A stretch of DNA of 64,000 nt from an uncultured Nitrososphaerales archaeon (GCA_963841565.1 CAWJCY010000006.1:192001-256000); one strand, 5' to 3'. Shown: positions 1 through 11,408, counted from the stretch's first letter. Numbers and translations: made by a program. Notes: generated by a model not told the origin, from the sequence alone.

Positions 1-423
1 TACGCCAGAAGGTATTGTCTTAAAGAGTTCATCGACTACTTCCTTGATTCCTCTCTTTGAAAGATCCTTTTCAGTCAGGTTTGTACGGATCAGTCTTACA
101 CCGCAGTTAATGTCGTATCCGACTCCTCCGGGACTGATGACGCCTTCGACCAAATCCGTTGCAGCAACCCCTCCTACAGGAAATCCGTAGCCCTCGTGAC
201 CGTCAGGGAGAACCACGACATGCTTTCTTACTCCTGGGAGTGTGGCAACATTAGCAGCTTGATCGATCGTTCGATCTGTAACCATCTTGGAAATTAGAAG
301 ATCGTCTGAGAAAATGGTAACTGGAACATTCATTCCTTTACTTTCATTCTTTTCGAGCCGGAATTCAAAATCATTAATCTTTTGAATTTTATGATTGCCA
401 TGCTTGGTAAATAATTCACCCAT
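1..423 (-). CDS. rtcB: tRNA-splicing ligase RtcB, N-terminal part (runs off the window start)
   Basis: Manual translation from ATG at 423: ...ANVATLPGVRKHVVVLPDGHEGYGFPVGGVAATDLVEGVISPGGVGYDINCGVRL, the RtcB signature motifs. Not in the ORF track. Confidence 0.95.
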   Translation of the reverse strand, partial: MGELFTKHGNHKIQKINDFEFRLEKNESKGMNVPVTIFSDDLLISKMVTDRTIDQAANVATLPGVRKHVVVLPDGHEGYGFPVGGVAATDLVEGVISPGGVGYDINCGVRLIRTNLTEKDLSKRGIKEVVDELFKTIPSGV

Positions 424-554
424 CACACAAGCTTCATTGCAGGTTGTTATTATAAGCCTTGCTTAGGTAACTCAAATTATATGATGCATATATCACTGGT
501 AAAACACTATAACATAGAAATAAATAGCCATTGCTTGCGAGCGTAAATATATGT

Positions 555-682
555 GCGGTCATCGTATAGTTTGGTTAGTACACTGGCCTTCCATGTATCC
601 TAAGATACGAGGCTAGCCCGTAACCCGGGACTCGATCTTTTATCAAGATAGGGCGGGAATTCAAATCCCGGTGACCGCACCA
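555..682 (+). tRNA. tRNA-Gly(TCC) with two introns (594-614 at 37/38; 630-659 at 53/54) and encoded CCA
   Basis: Acceptor stem GCGGTCA/TGACCGC followed by ACCA; anticodon loop CTTCCA|A; T arm CCGGG|TTCAAAT CCCGG after splicing; both inserts form bulge-helix-bulge motifs. One T-C mismatch in the anticodon stem. Confidence 0.93.
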
Positions 683-1146
683 AGTATAGGAATTCATACA
701 CTAGATTCATTATCAATGATATGGGTATACACAGGGTAGTTATAGTGTTTCCTACTTCATGGAAAGGAGATAGGAATGTCCATTAAGATTCAACGTTATT
801 AGGTAAAGTTCAGTTACTCCCTAACAAGCAGAACAGATCTACAATTACGGATTTTTACAGCTACATGAGGCACTTAAACGCCAAGAACTTATACAACGGA
901 TAATAGAAAAAGGGGAATAGTTTCATGTGAATAGTTAAGCCTCCTTACTACAGCTTAGAAGTACTTTCCAATCCAATTTAACATTAGATTGTAAACAATA
1001 GATTGCAAAAGTTTGAACAAGTATAGAATCTCCGATAACAATGGAAGGAAAAGTTTGTCCCTAGCATGTGTTTGAATGTGTGACTTGAAATAATTATCGA
1101 ATTTGACAGTTAATTATTTCCTAAGTTAGATTAGATCATGTGTTCG

Positions 1147-2529
1147 TCATATGTAAGAGATAAGCAAAATAAACATGTAGTAAATTATGACATTAACCAA
1201 GGTTACTATAGAACCTATCTTCAGGAATTCAATATATCCAAATGACTTGAACCCTCTTGATTCGGCTGCTCCTATGATAATTATATTACTTGCAGCTCCA
1301 AGAATTGTGAGATTTCCAGCAATTGTGCTTGCAGCAGCTAGCATCATCCATTCATATATGTCATCTCCTCCAAAGCCGTTATCTATCATAACCAGATTGT
1401 ACAATGCAACAAATGGGACGTTACCTAATAATTGACTAATCAATATACTTATGGATGCAATTATTGCATTGTTGCCTGCTAAGTTACCACTTGGTACTGG
1501 ATTAGGGATATAGGTTAATATCTCAGATATCAGACCAGATGTCCACAGGCCTGTAGTAAAGACAAACATCGCAGCAAAGAAAACTAGTATTGAATAGTCA
1601 ATACTTTTTATTAACTCAGTCCGTTCCTTGCTCATTGCGTACAATATCGTTGCTCCCATTATGGTGATGATACTTATGCTAAATCTTCCCTCTGTAATAA
1701 TACCAAAAAACCGAAGAGTTTCGACAATGATGAAGCCAGAAATCACAATAAGCAAGACGATAACAGAAATTTTGCCTAGAGTTGGATTTGTAACCGTTGT
1801 GGGCATAGTGTTACCCATTACAATTTGGGAATCTGTATTATCATCATTGGAACTTTTCTTGTTCTCCCCTGGCAGATTCATCATCATCATCAGATTGTAC
1901 CGCATCTGCAATAATTCGCTTCTAAAATATACTCTCAAGATTAAATACGTTAGTAGAAGGTTTATGATGGTTGGAATCGCTAAGATTGTTAGAAATGTCA
2001 TGAAGGATAGTTGTATTCCACTTTGGATTGCAATCAAGAGATTTTGAGGATTACCTATTGGGGTCATAACACTGCCAATAGTGATTCCAAATGCAAGTCC
2101 AATTAATAGCACGATAGGAATTGGTTTAACAGATCTCATAACATAAATCGCCAGTGGCACACCCAATATAGCAATAGTATCATTCACAAGAAATGCAGAT
2201 AATATACCCAATCCAACTACAAATACTAGAAGTAAATTACTAGGGTTGCCCTTAGTTCTTGAAACCATCTTTATTGCTATCATACCTAAAACTCCCGATT
2301 TCTCCAGAGCAGACACGATACTGAACATACCGAAGAGAAATAGTATGATATCTAGGTTAATTGCTTCAAAAGCAGATTCTACACTTATCACCTGAAAGAG
2401 CACCATCAATAGTGCCCCGACCGTCATTGATGTCCATATGGGAATATTGCCGAACCTTCTTCTTTGTATAATTAGTACATAGACCAATACTAGAATTCCT
2501 AGGGACACGTATGCGCTTATTGCCAACAA
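1147..2529 (-). CDS. ArsB/NhaD/CitMHS (ion transporter superfamily) anion permease
   Basis: Many TM helices; SAFLVNDT, GSVMTPIGNPQN, SQLLGNVP and AGNLTILGAASN motifs. Confidence 0.85.
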   Translation of the reverse strand: MLAISAYVSLGILVLVYVLIIQRRRFGNIPIWTSMTVGALLMVLFQVISVESAFEAINLDIILFLFGMFSIVSALEKSGVLGMIAIKMVSRTKGNPSNLLLVFVVGLGILSAFLVNDTIAILGVPLAIYVMRSVKPIPIVLLIGLAFGITIGSVMTPIGNPQNLLIAIQSGIQLSFMTFLTILAIPTIINLLLTYLILRVYFRSELLQMRYNLMMMMNLPGENKKSSNDDNTDSQIVMGNTMPTTVTNPTLGKISVIVLLIVISGFIIVETLRFFGIITEGRFSISIITIMGATILYAMSKERTELIKSIDYSILVFFAAMFVFTTGLWTSGLISEILTYIPNPVPSGNLAGNNAIIASISILISQLLGNVPFVALYNLVMIDNGFGGDDIYEWMMLAAASTIAGNLTILGAASNIIIIGAAESRGFKSFGYIEFLKIGSIVTLVNVIIYYMFILLISYI

Positions 2530-3914
2530 TCTTCAGATGTCTATGATAAAAGGTCGAAATCGATAATAGATAACTGTTGCTAAAATAATTTATAATCAAT
2601 TTCGATAAAATGTCGAAATAAGTAAGATCACAGGACTAATAGAACAAACCATTATCGGATCAATTGATTCTGAAGTTAATCCTTCACTAACCCAAGCCAT
2701 AATCACAGCAGGACAATCGGTAGGTAACAATTCATTTGCACTTGCAAAATTCGGTGCAGACCAAGGTTGAACCATTCTGCATTGACACTTGAATGGTTGA
2801 CAAGCTAATGATCAATATTCATGCAGTTGGATAGCCATATAATGAAGTATGGTTTAACTGGGTTTACTTCTGCGCTTACAAACGTAAAGGAGGATAAAGA
2901 AAGCACTAATAACAAGTAGACTACAACATCAAATAGATCCATATACTGCTGATCCATAATTCTACGCCAGGCATGTTACTCATCATCCTTCATCCTTTCT
3001 TCAAGAACGTCTATGAAGTTATCTTTGTCCACTACCTTCAAGCAATAATTGCAGATCCACTTCGTAAAAGTATAACGATAGTATTATAGAAATGTGCTTC
3101 GCCATCTCATCTAGCATTCAACTATTATCTCGTAGAAATGTCATTTTTACTCTATTAAACTCATTGGGATATTGATACATCAACCCGTGTCCTGCATTTC
3201 TCATCTGAACAAGCCATGAACTAGGGATCCTCTCTACTAATATTAATGAATTTGTGCAGATGTAAATACATCATCTGTTCCAACTATAAATCAAAGTAGG
3301 GTAGGTAAGTTATGTGATAACTATGAATAAAGTATTCACGTGAATGTGTATGACCAAAATGTGAGGACGGAAAAATATTGGCATACTCTCCTGTCAACGT
3401 TAGTCGGAAAAATTATTCATTCTAGTAGTCAAGCTCTTGAACATGACTAAGGACAAGATGAAGGTAACTATTGATGGTTTGGAATTGTTATATTGCCCTT
3501 AATTTTCCGAAGCTTACTTTATAATACGGTCCTTTATTCGCGCCGATGAGCTTAGTGATCGACAATCTGGGTTTGTTTATCACCCTTTTTTTGTACGAAT
3601 TCCAACATGGAGCCATTTCCCATTCTAAACTTAATGCTTCGTATTTTTCACTATCTTGAAGGCCGACTAGGATCGCTGGCTCTTAAGTATTCAAGAAAAG
3701 CTATCTTCTAATTTATTCCGGTACGTTATAGTATGCTTTTGCTATAACTCTACAGCTATTTACTCTAGATATCTGTGCGAGGATGTCTCTGCAGTGCTAT
3801 ATCGGTTCAGGCAATGGACAATTATTTTTTCTAAAAATAAATCTAACTATCCCTCCCCCATGGCAACACACCTTACTCATTATAAGGTCTTATATAGCGG
3901 TCACTCCATCCAGA

Positions 3915-5018
3915 ATGAATTACCAACTTTTAGAATACTCCTGTTCAGAGTGCGGAACGTTACTAAAGAAGACAATAGGAGATGCATGTCAGGATCTTTT
4001 GACAATCAATGTGAAAGAAGAATGCCCAAAATGTGGTTCTACCCTAAAGAATCTGAAAAAGAAATGGAAAAATCTACCACAACCACAGCAACTGTATGAC
4101 AAGTATAACAAAAGACGATCGCTAACATCACAATCGCCAATCCTCTCATCAAAATTCCAGACAGCATATGATGAATTTATTAGCAAACTGATGTTCGATA
4201 TCGAGGCTTTAGATTCTTCTCTTCAGAACCTTAATACGGATGGCAATACATTAGCTATAATTGGCGATAATAATCATAGCAAAAATAATAGAAAATTTAC
4301 AAATATTCTCTTGACCAGACTATGTATTTACTCTCTATCTTTATTACGGCGGCAAGAAGGCTTTAGTTTATCATCAACACCATCGTCACCTCCTTTATTG
4401 CCATATGTAGTAATTGTGGACGCTGGAAATAGTATAGATTTTTATCAATTTGTAGAATTTATAAGGCAATATGGTTTAGACATAAAAGAGACTTTACAAA
4501 GAATAGTTGTAAGTAGAGCTTTTACAGTCCATCAACTAACCAATCTAATTATTAATGAATTACCTAATATCATTAGACAACTTGACACGTGTCTAGTAAT
4601 TGTTCCAGATTTATTGCACATGTTTACTCATGATCCCAACATTGATCGTAAAGAAGCGAAACATCTAATAAAAGAAATTGTTTCTGCGATAAGGAAGATA
4701 GCAATACAGTCAAGTCGAACTCGATGCGTAGTGTCTTGGAATTATCACTACCAGTCCTCTTTATACATCAAAATTCTTCTTCCAATATTTGATAAATACA
4801 TTCAAGTCACAAGCTTCGGAGGAGGATCATCATCGTCATCATTTCCACAATTAAGCATAAAGATCAATCACAAACTGGGCGATGAATGTTGCAGCAGGAA
4901 CAGTAATAATAGTAATAATTGTTATAATAGTAATAATTGTTATAATAGTAATAATAATAGTCGTCACTGTTTACTTCAGGTAAGAGACATATATTTCGTT
5001 TCGCAAATGTCTGGATGA
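3915..5018 (+). CDS. Zn-ribbon plus inactivated RecA/RadA-fold protein (PolB2-associated / ImuA-like)
   Basis: CSEC...CPKC ribbon; VVIVDAGNSIDFY, IVVSRAFTVHQL and LVIVPDL resemble the RadA core, with no Walker A. Start moved to ATG 3915, which follows a TTATATA box near 3890. Confidence 0.6.
   Translation: MNYQLLEYSCSECGTLLKKTIGDACQDLLTINVKEECPKCGSTLKNLKKKWKNLPQPQQLYDKYNKRRSLTSQSPILSSKFQTAYDEFISKLMFDIEALDSSLQNLNTDGNTLAIIGDNNHSKNNRKFTNILLTRLCIYSLSLLRRQEGFSLSSTPSSPPLLPYVVIVDAGNSIDFYQFVEFIRQYGLDIKETLQRIVVSRAFTVHQLTNLIINELPNIIRQLDTCLVIVPDLLHMFTHDPNIDRKEAKHLIKEIVSAIRKIAIQSSRTRCVVSWNYHYQSSLYIKILLPIFDKYIQVTSFGGGSSSSSFPQLSIKINHKLGDECCSRNSNNSNNCYNSNNCYNSNNNSRHCLLQVRDIYFVSQMSG
4902..4961 (+). repeat. 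18-bp tandem repeat AGTAATAATTGTTATAAT (2 full copies plus partial units) encoding SNNCYN
   Basis: Visible directly in the sequence and in the protein (NSNNSNNCYNSNNCYNSNNN). Confidence 0.85.
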
Positions 5019-5310
5019 AGGGTCAATGCAACCACCTCAGAGCCGGAATAATGGAAAGACAACATGATTCTATATTCTTACACTAATCAGCAGCGAAGGA
5101 ATACAATTGATAGCCAAGATGAGTATTTCCTTAGATCGTTAATGCTAAATAAGTGCGTCATATGGAAGATACAAATAGAAAATAATAGATTACTTGACAA
5201 CACCAACACACTGGAAAAGTAACAACAAATGCCGCTGAATATGAATGTCCTTTTCATGCAAATGGACAAGCGCAAGAATACTTAAGTAAATTTGAGGAGT
5301 AATTACACCA

Positions 5311-5901
5311 ATGAGAAGGATGCGAAGCTCAAGGTCAACTGGTTCATCTAATCCGACATCTAATTCTCAGTCGAAAAGTCAAGCAGAGGAAACAGCCAAG
5401 GCTGTCAAAAATGCTGCAAAGGCTATTCTAGATGCGGCAATTTCCACTCGAGAAGCGGTCAAGGCGTTTAGCGATAGCGGCGTTGTTACAGAGCTTGCCG
5501 AATCGATACAAACAGCAGCGATGGCGGCCAGAGACACAACACAAGGTATAAGTGATACAGGCAGGGAACTTCACGAAAGTCAAAGTGCACCTAAGATCGC
5601 AAGTGCCATACACCAAACGTTGTCAATAATGGAAGATACAGAGGCTAAAGCAAATGACACAACGGCCCAACTTTCAAAGACTGCCCCTCGAACGACAAAA
5701 ACTCCTTTACTGGCGACTAAAAGGAAAAGGAAATCAAAAGGTAATACCGTTACCAAGAATGCTAGGAAACAGTTAACAACGGAGAAGACTGAGTCTCAAA
5801 CTGTAGTCAAGGAATTAAAAAGAAAAACGAATAGGATACCAAAGTTACGAAAAAAAGAGTCGAAGCGAGAAATAAAAGTGAGACGTCATTATATAGGATA
5901 G
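5311..5901 (+). CDS. hypothetical protein with Ala/Thr-rich helical N-half and very basic Lys/Arg tail
   Basis: 196-aa ORF with upstream TTAAGTAAAT and GAGGAG; no family recognised. Confidence 0.6.
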   Translation: MRRMRSSRSTGSSNPTSNSQSKSQAEETAKAVKNAAKAILDAAISTREAVKAFSDSGVVTELAESIQTAAMAARDTTQGISDTGRELHESQSAPKIASAIHQTLSIMEDTEAKANDTTAQLSKTAPRTTKTPLLATKRKRKSKGNTVTKNARKQLTTEKTESQTVVKELKRKTNRIPKLRKKESKREIKVRRHYIG

Positions 5902-6033
5902 GGTATACAGAAGATGGATGATTTTCATTTGTTTTTGAGTTTGACTGACAGGGCAAAATAAGTGTGGATGATACTTCAAGTATCTTTCGATGTTGTCGAA
6001 ATACGATTAGCTCGCAAACCCGCAAGTGTCTTG

Positions 6034-7995
6034 TTAACCGACTGGTAAACTAAACGTGAAAGTGGCGCCTTTTCCATCACTATTATTTTCAGCGGATATC
6101 TTGCCACCATGAGCTTCTATTATACTCTTTGCTATGAATAACCCAAGGCCAGTTCCAGTATTTGATTTAGTTACGAATTTAGAAAATAACCTTGATTGTA
6201 TTTCCGGATCTATGCCACTGCCATCGTCCTTAATTCTAATTAAAAAATGTTCGTTCTCCTCTACAGTATTGTTTTTGTCTGATGAAAGAGATTTTGTCTT
6301 ACTCAATGATATAGAGATAACTCCATTCATATCCGTGAACTTAATTGCGTTATTAATCAGGTTTGACAACACTTGAAAGACTCTTGATTTATCAGCATTA
6401 ACATAATATTCAGTTTCATCACTATTTTTATCATTTAGAAATTGAATTGTTAACCCTTTCTCTGCTACCTGAACATTCGTAGTTGAAATGTCCTTTACCA
6501 CATTTCTAATCTTTTCTTTCAGATTTATTCTCTCCTTGTTTAGCTTAAGTGTACCTGCCTCGATTCTTGATACATCGAGAATATCATTCGTAAGGTTTTT
6601 AAGCCTAATGGCATTTCTTCTTAGAGCCTCCAAAGAATCTCGTGTGCTTGAATCATTATCATTGGAGTCTTGAATATTCAAATTATAGTCGTGTTGTAGT
6701 AATTCAGTATATCCAACTATAGATTGAGTTGGCGTCCTGAGTTCATGTGCAGCTATATTGATAAAATCTTGTTGCATTCTCTCATGAACTTTTAATTGTT
6801 CATATGCTTCGATTAATTCTTTATTAATAGTAGTCAATTCTACCTGTTTTTCCATCAGGGAACGCTCGGTTGAAGTAAGGATGACATTGGATGCTCTTAA
6901 CTTTTCTATCGACTTCCTAAGCTCAGAAGTCTTTGAATCCAATGCTGCGTGAAGTCTTTTATTTGATGTGAGGATAACTAATGCAATTCCCAGGGCAATT
7001 ATTGCAATGACGATGTAGATGATAATACTAAAAAAAAATTGTTGGCTCATCAGCTTCTGTACATTCTCTGCGAGGTTATGTGAAGCACGGATATACAATG
7101 TTGCTATGCTATGATTCTCCAAAGATACAGGCTGGTACGCAACAGAGGTAGTATTGCCTTGATACGTTATATCAAATACATTGGCTGCAGGCTTTGTCAG
7201 TGAATCTCGAAGCAGATTATTGAAAGAATCGTTCATATATGGCGGTAAAATCGATTGAAACTCTTCTCCAAACGCATTTAGTCCTATTAGAGATTGATTT
7301 GATGAAGTGTAAAGAATTGTTCCGTCATTATCAATCAATCCAATGGAAGAATTATATTTTTCTGGAACGGTGCTCTGAAGAAAATCCCCAAGTCTATCAA
7401 TCCTTATCCCTGCAGTTACTATGCCATCGAATTGTACATTCGTTGATGACGAAGTGTTATGTGTTCTGCTATCTTCAAAAACGGGATAAGAAATATAGAG
7501 TCTAGATACGTTATCATTTGAGTCTATGATGCTACTATAATAGGCTTCCGCCGTTTCCCTTGGTACTGAAAAGTACTCCCTATAGCTAAGGTCAGTTCCT
7601 TTGTATCTTTGATAGGTACTCTCATTTAGATTACTTATCCACACTATTTTGCCCTCAGCATCAAGCCACATGTAAAAATCGGTTAAATTGGCTGAAATGT
7701 CTTGTCCCAAATTAATTAGGTTAAACGCCGAAGTATCATTATTCCGTATAGATGGAGCCTCTGCAATTAATTCTAGATTATCTGTAATAGCGTCTACAGA
7801 TTTCTCCAAGATTTCTGAGATGGCGTGAACTTCAATTTCAGCATTAGATCTTATATCGTTAGCTGCTTGATTGAGAATTTCGTTAGACATGGATTTCTGA
7901 TATATGCTAAAAACAGTACCCAGAACTATAGCTGTGGTCCCGATAATTAACAGCATTAAGGTCGTAATATGTTTCCTGTAAAAGGGCCGAGCCAT
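6034..7995 (-). CDS. membrane sensor histidine kinase with Cache-type extracellular domain
   Basis: Two TM helices; DLSYREYF Cache motif; H-box AAHELRTP; N-box NLINNAIKF; G-boxes DDGSGI and GTGLGL. Confidence 0.93.
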   Translation of the reverse strand: MARPFYRKHITTLMLLIIGTTAIVLGTVFSIYQKSMSNEILNQAANDIRSNAEIEVHAISEILEKSVDAITDNLELIAEAPSIRNNDTSAFNLINLGQDISANLTDFYMWLDAEGKIVWISNLNESTYQRYKGTDLSYREYFSVPRETAEAYYSSIIDSNDNVSRLYISYPVFEDSRTHNTSSSTNVQFDGIVTAGIRIDRLGDFLQSTVPEKYNSSIGLIDNDGTILYTSSNQSLIGLNAFGEEFQSILPPYMNDSFNNLLRDSLTKPAANVFDITYQGNTTSVAYQPVSLENHSIATLYIRASHNLAENVQKLMSQQFFFSIIIYIVIAIIALGIALVILTSNKRLHAALDSKTSELRKSIEKLRASNVILTSTERSLMEKQVELTTINKELIEAYEQLKVHERMQQDFINIAAHELRTPTQSIVGYTELLQHDYNLNIQDSNDNDSSTRDSLEALRRNAIRLKNLTNDILDVSRIEAGTLKLNKERINLKEKIRNVVKDISTTNVQVAEKGLTIQFLNDKNSDETEYYVNADKSRVFQVLSNLINNAIKFTDMNGVISISLSKTKSLSSDKNNTVEENEHFLIRIKDDGSGIDPEIQSRLFSKFVTKSNTGTGLGLFIAKSIIEAHGGKISAENNSDGKGATFTFSLPVG

Positions 7996-8610
7996 CCGTG
8001 TCAGCCATTTAGATCAGCTTGACAAATAAATACATATTTCGTACATTGGACATATTTGGTAATTATGAAGCCTAATTTCTGCAACTCTTTTCTTAATGAA
8101 TCCTTTAAGAAGCAAAAAAGATATTCTTTTCGCGCTCTTCAAAATCACCATCAATACTTGATGGAGAGGCAGATATTGAGTTAAGAGTGGAGAACCCTCA
8201 CCATTACAAGTCAATATCGTTTCTAACCAAACCGATAAGGCGATGTATTAAATGCATATTCTAAAGAATGGAAAACAGACTAGCAACCTCACAATTGGAG
8301 AATTATTTTTCTCGTCTCCCAGTTTCTTGCCTCCAGATTTGCCAGGTCGTAAATCCACCCTATATTATAGATACTCCTCTGATCCTAACTTTGGAGAACA
8401 GTTAAAGAAATATGATCTGATTGAAAGTGGAGCAGAAACTTCGGGATGATGATCAACCCCCGAAAGGTACCGTAATTTTTTGGGTTAGAAAAAGAGGATC
8501 GTACTCGAATATAGAATTGTGTTTAGCTTGATTGCACGTTTCAGCATTAAGAAATAGGGTATAACTCTATAGCATTATAAATTTATAAGATTCAATCTCA
8601 GGTACATAAT

Positions 8611-9000
8611 ATGCCAGAATTTTCTGATACCTATGCATGGATTAAATTGATTGATAAGAGCAATGGTAAAGCAGTTCCTAGTGGATCAACACTAAGTTAT
8701 CCTTCTAATATTAATAATCGATACGTTGTAGCTAACGACAGCAATCAGCCTGTGGGAGAAATCGCTGTAATGGGTGTCCTCTACAAGGATAATGTAAAGG
8801 ACGTTCCTAGCCCGTTCCCTATAACGTGGATTAAGCTACAAGCGAACCAGCTATGGAAACATGAATATGCCGTGGCCAGCACGGGAGAGGCGAATGAATT
8901 TCGTGCCACGCTATTCGGCGGTGTTGGCAGCTCTATCACTGAGGAAGATGAGAAAAATAACATTTATAATACGAAATTTTCATTTTCGGCCGCTCATTAA
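8611..9000 (+). CDS. hypothetical beta-sandwich (CARDB/Ig-like) protein
   Basis: Alternating beta-strand pattern and a C-terminal ITEEDEKNN resembling the CARDB E-x-x-E-x-N-N end. Confidence 0.5.
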   Translation: MPEFSDTYAWIKLIDKSNGKAVPSGSTLSYPSNINNRYVVANDSNQPVGEIAVMGVLYKDNVKDVPSPFPITWIKLQANQLWKHEYAVASTGEANEFRATLFGGVGSSITEEDEKNNIYNTKFSFSAAH

Positions 9001-9224
9001 TTACAAAACAATAACGATTATTATTTGATCTAATAGGTTAAGCTGTTGCGATTCATGGGTTGGGATCATATCCAAAAGTGTTATTGATTTAGGGGTTTCT
9101 AATTTTGTCTACTTTGTGTCTTTAGAAATTCCCAAAAGCTACACCTGCCGTGCATGATAAATCAACTCTACCCTCAGAATAAATTTATTAGGATGTAACA
9201 CGATCTAAGAAGACTCCTGACCCT

Positions 9225-9452
9225 ATGCGAAGAGCGTACTGCACAAATTGTAAAGTTGTAGTAGATATCACATTATCTACCTTTGTGAGGCTTGCAAATC
9301 ATAAAGCTGCGATCGAAGGTTTTTGTCCGAACTGTAATTCAGTTCTCCTCAATACCCGCTTAATGCCAACTTCGTCCAAAAAACCGACGGGCAGCAAAAG
9401 GAGAAGGAAGAAGCTAAGTATATACTCATATCCCAATCGAAACCAGCTATGA
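9225..9452 (+). CDS. small Zn-ribbon protein (DUF5679-like) with basic tail
   Basis: AYCTNCK...AIEGFCPNCN pattern. Confidence 0.65.
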   Translation: MRRAYCTNCKVVVDITLSTFVRLANHKAAIEGFCPNCNSVLLNTRLMPTSSKKPTGSKRRRKKLSIYSYPNRNQL

Positions 9453-9725
9453 TTCTTACGTCGTCATACAGGAAGCGAACACAACTGCATTTAGAACGAT
9501 TCCAACCTGACCAAGACCACCACCATCCGTCAATTCCGAAGTATTGGCGGTTAGTTCTCAGTGTACGATCAATTAGTAGAGATATGATATCATTCAGAAG
9601 CGATAATGGGTAAGGATCATCGTGAGGCAATTTTTGGCCTTGTATTTGAGTCGAATACTAGCTATTACGCAATCGAGTTAATGATTTAACCCAGTACGAA
9701 GTTATATAGAGCTGCTAATCATTTA

Positions 9726-10778
9726 ATGACACGAATGGATGAAATGAATCGAGTGAGGGGTCCTATCAATCCTATATCAACTTTAATTTGTTTTGTAATC
9801 GGCATTCTTTCACTTTGCCTTTATTTGGAGCAAACAGGCTCATTGGTACCAAGAGTGGATGCATCAAATTCAGCCAAAAATTATACTTTCTTGGTGGCAT
9901 TGGATTCTCCTAATTTTGGGGATGAAGAAACGAATACAGAGGATCTACTCCCACAACCCGAAGGGATTGACGTAGACAGAGACGGCAATGTTTTTGTAAA
10001 TGAGATTGGAGAGAATCGTATCAACATATTTGATGCAAATAGCACACTCATATCTAGTTGGGGCTCGTCGGGAGAGGATCTAGGACAATTTAGCCATCCT
10101 CACGGAAATGAAATTGAAGACGAGAATAATCAAGATGTTAATGATGTATATGTCTATATTGCAGACCAAAATAATGATCGTATTCAGAAGTTCTCTAAAA
10201 ATGGAACATTTGTAACAACTTGGGGTGAAGAGGGCGATGGGAATGGCCAGTTTCTACATACACACGGAGTAGATCTTGACTCAGACGGCAATGTCTACGT
10301 AAGCGACAGAGATCAACCAAGTATCCAAAAGTTTTCTAGTGATGGGACCTTTATTAAGAAGTGGGGATCGGAAGGAACAGCTGTTGGACAGTTCATACAG
10401 CCATGGGATGTTAGTGTCAGTCAGGATGATAGGATTTTTGTTCCTGACTACGGCAACAACCGAATACAGATATTCTCAAAGGACGGTGACTTCATAACCT
10501 CTTGGGGAGAAGCTGGATCTGGTCCTGGGCAATTTGATGGACCAGCCGTGGTAGCATTTGATGCTGACGACAATGTTTATGTGACTGACTCTGGTAACCA
10601 TCGTGTACAGAAATTCACAGGTAATGGAACATTTATTACCGAATGGGGTGAAGAAGGGCAAGAAAATGGACAATTTTCTATGCCTGAAGGACTTGCGGTG
10701 GATCCCTTATCAGGTAAGGTATATGTATCTGATACTAGCAATAATAATGTACAGGTCTTTTCCCCCTTAGAGAACTGA
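9726..10778 (+). CDS. exported NHL-repeat six-bladed beta-propeller protein
   Basis: N-terminal hydrophobic segment; six repeats of GQFxxPxGxxxDxxGNVYVxDxxNxRIQKF. Confidence 0.92.
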   Translation: MTRMDEMNRVRGPINPISTLICFVIGILSLCLYLEQTGSLVPRVDASNSAKNYTFLVALDSPNFGDEETNTEDLLPQPEGIDVDRDGNVFVNEIGENRINIFDANSTLISSWGSSGEDLGQFSHPHGNEIEDENNQDVNDVYVYIADQNNDRIQKFSKNGTFVTTWGEEGDGNGQFLHTHGVDLDSDGNVYVSDRDQPSIQKFSSDGTFIKKWGSEGTAVGQFIQPWDVSVSQDDRIFVPDYGNNRIQIFSKDGDFITSWGEAGSGPGQFDGPAVVAFDADDNVYVTDSGNHRVQKFTGNGTFITEWGEEGQENGQFSMPEGLAVDPLSGKVYVSDTSNNNVQVFSPLEN

Positions 10779-11213
10779 ATTATTTTTACCACGAAAATTT
10801 GCGCAAAACAGAATCATACTATAATTTCGATGTTGTCGTTTAAATCTGCCCAGATAAGATCCAGTAGTACCGTAGTATTCATACTTCAAGCTGCAGTCAT
10901 GCACTGAATTCTGTAGACAAATTGCTGCGATCAAATTATGTGTATTAACCAGTAGATTGACAAAATTCATTCTGATTTGTCTCAATATTCCTAAACTGTA
11001 TTATAAACAAGGCCTGGCTGTGGAACCGAATGACATTCGACATACACTTTAGTAGGAATTCCGGATAAGAGATAACATCTAAATTGATATGCATCAATAG
11101 ATTTTCTTGTAGTACTGTGTGAATTAGCTTACATATACTTTGGCGGAAGGCTTCAAACTTCTGATCAAAGATTTTGTGATGTTATCATCCGCCATCTAAC
11201 AAATTGCCTATTT

Positions 11214-11408
11214 CTAGTCGAGTCTGAGTTCGCTCCCACAATTGCGGCATAACCTGCAGTGTCTGACGTTAAAACGGCCGCACGACTTACAAATGATATT
11301 CTCGCATATTTCTGCAATCTTCTCTAGGTATTCTTCTTCTTCCCTAGTCACAAATTTCTGCTTGTTCTTTGGGACCAATTTCGGATCTAAGATTATGTCG
11401 AAAGGCAA
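11214..11408 (-). CDS. small Zn-ribbon protein with eL40-like cysteine spacing
   Basis: ICKSCGRFN...CRNCGSELRL. Confidence 0.55.
   Translation of the reverse strand: MPFDIILDPKLVPKNKQKFVTREEEEYLEKIAEICENIICKSCGRFNVRHCRLCRNCGSELRLD

Noticed and set aside
4902-4961. CRISPR-like repeat
   Set aside because: Spacer-less coding minisatellite; no CRISPR array or cas gene seen in the window.
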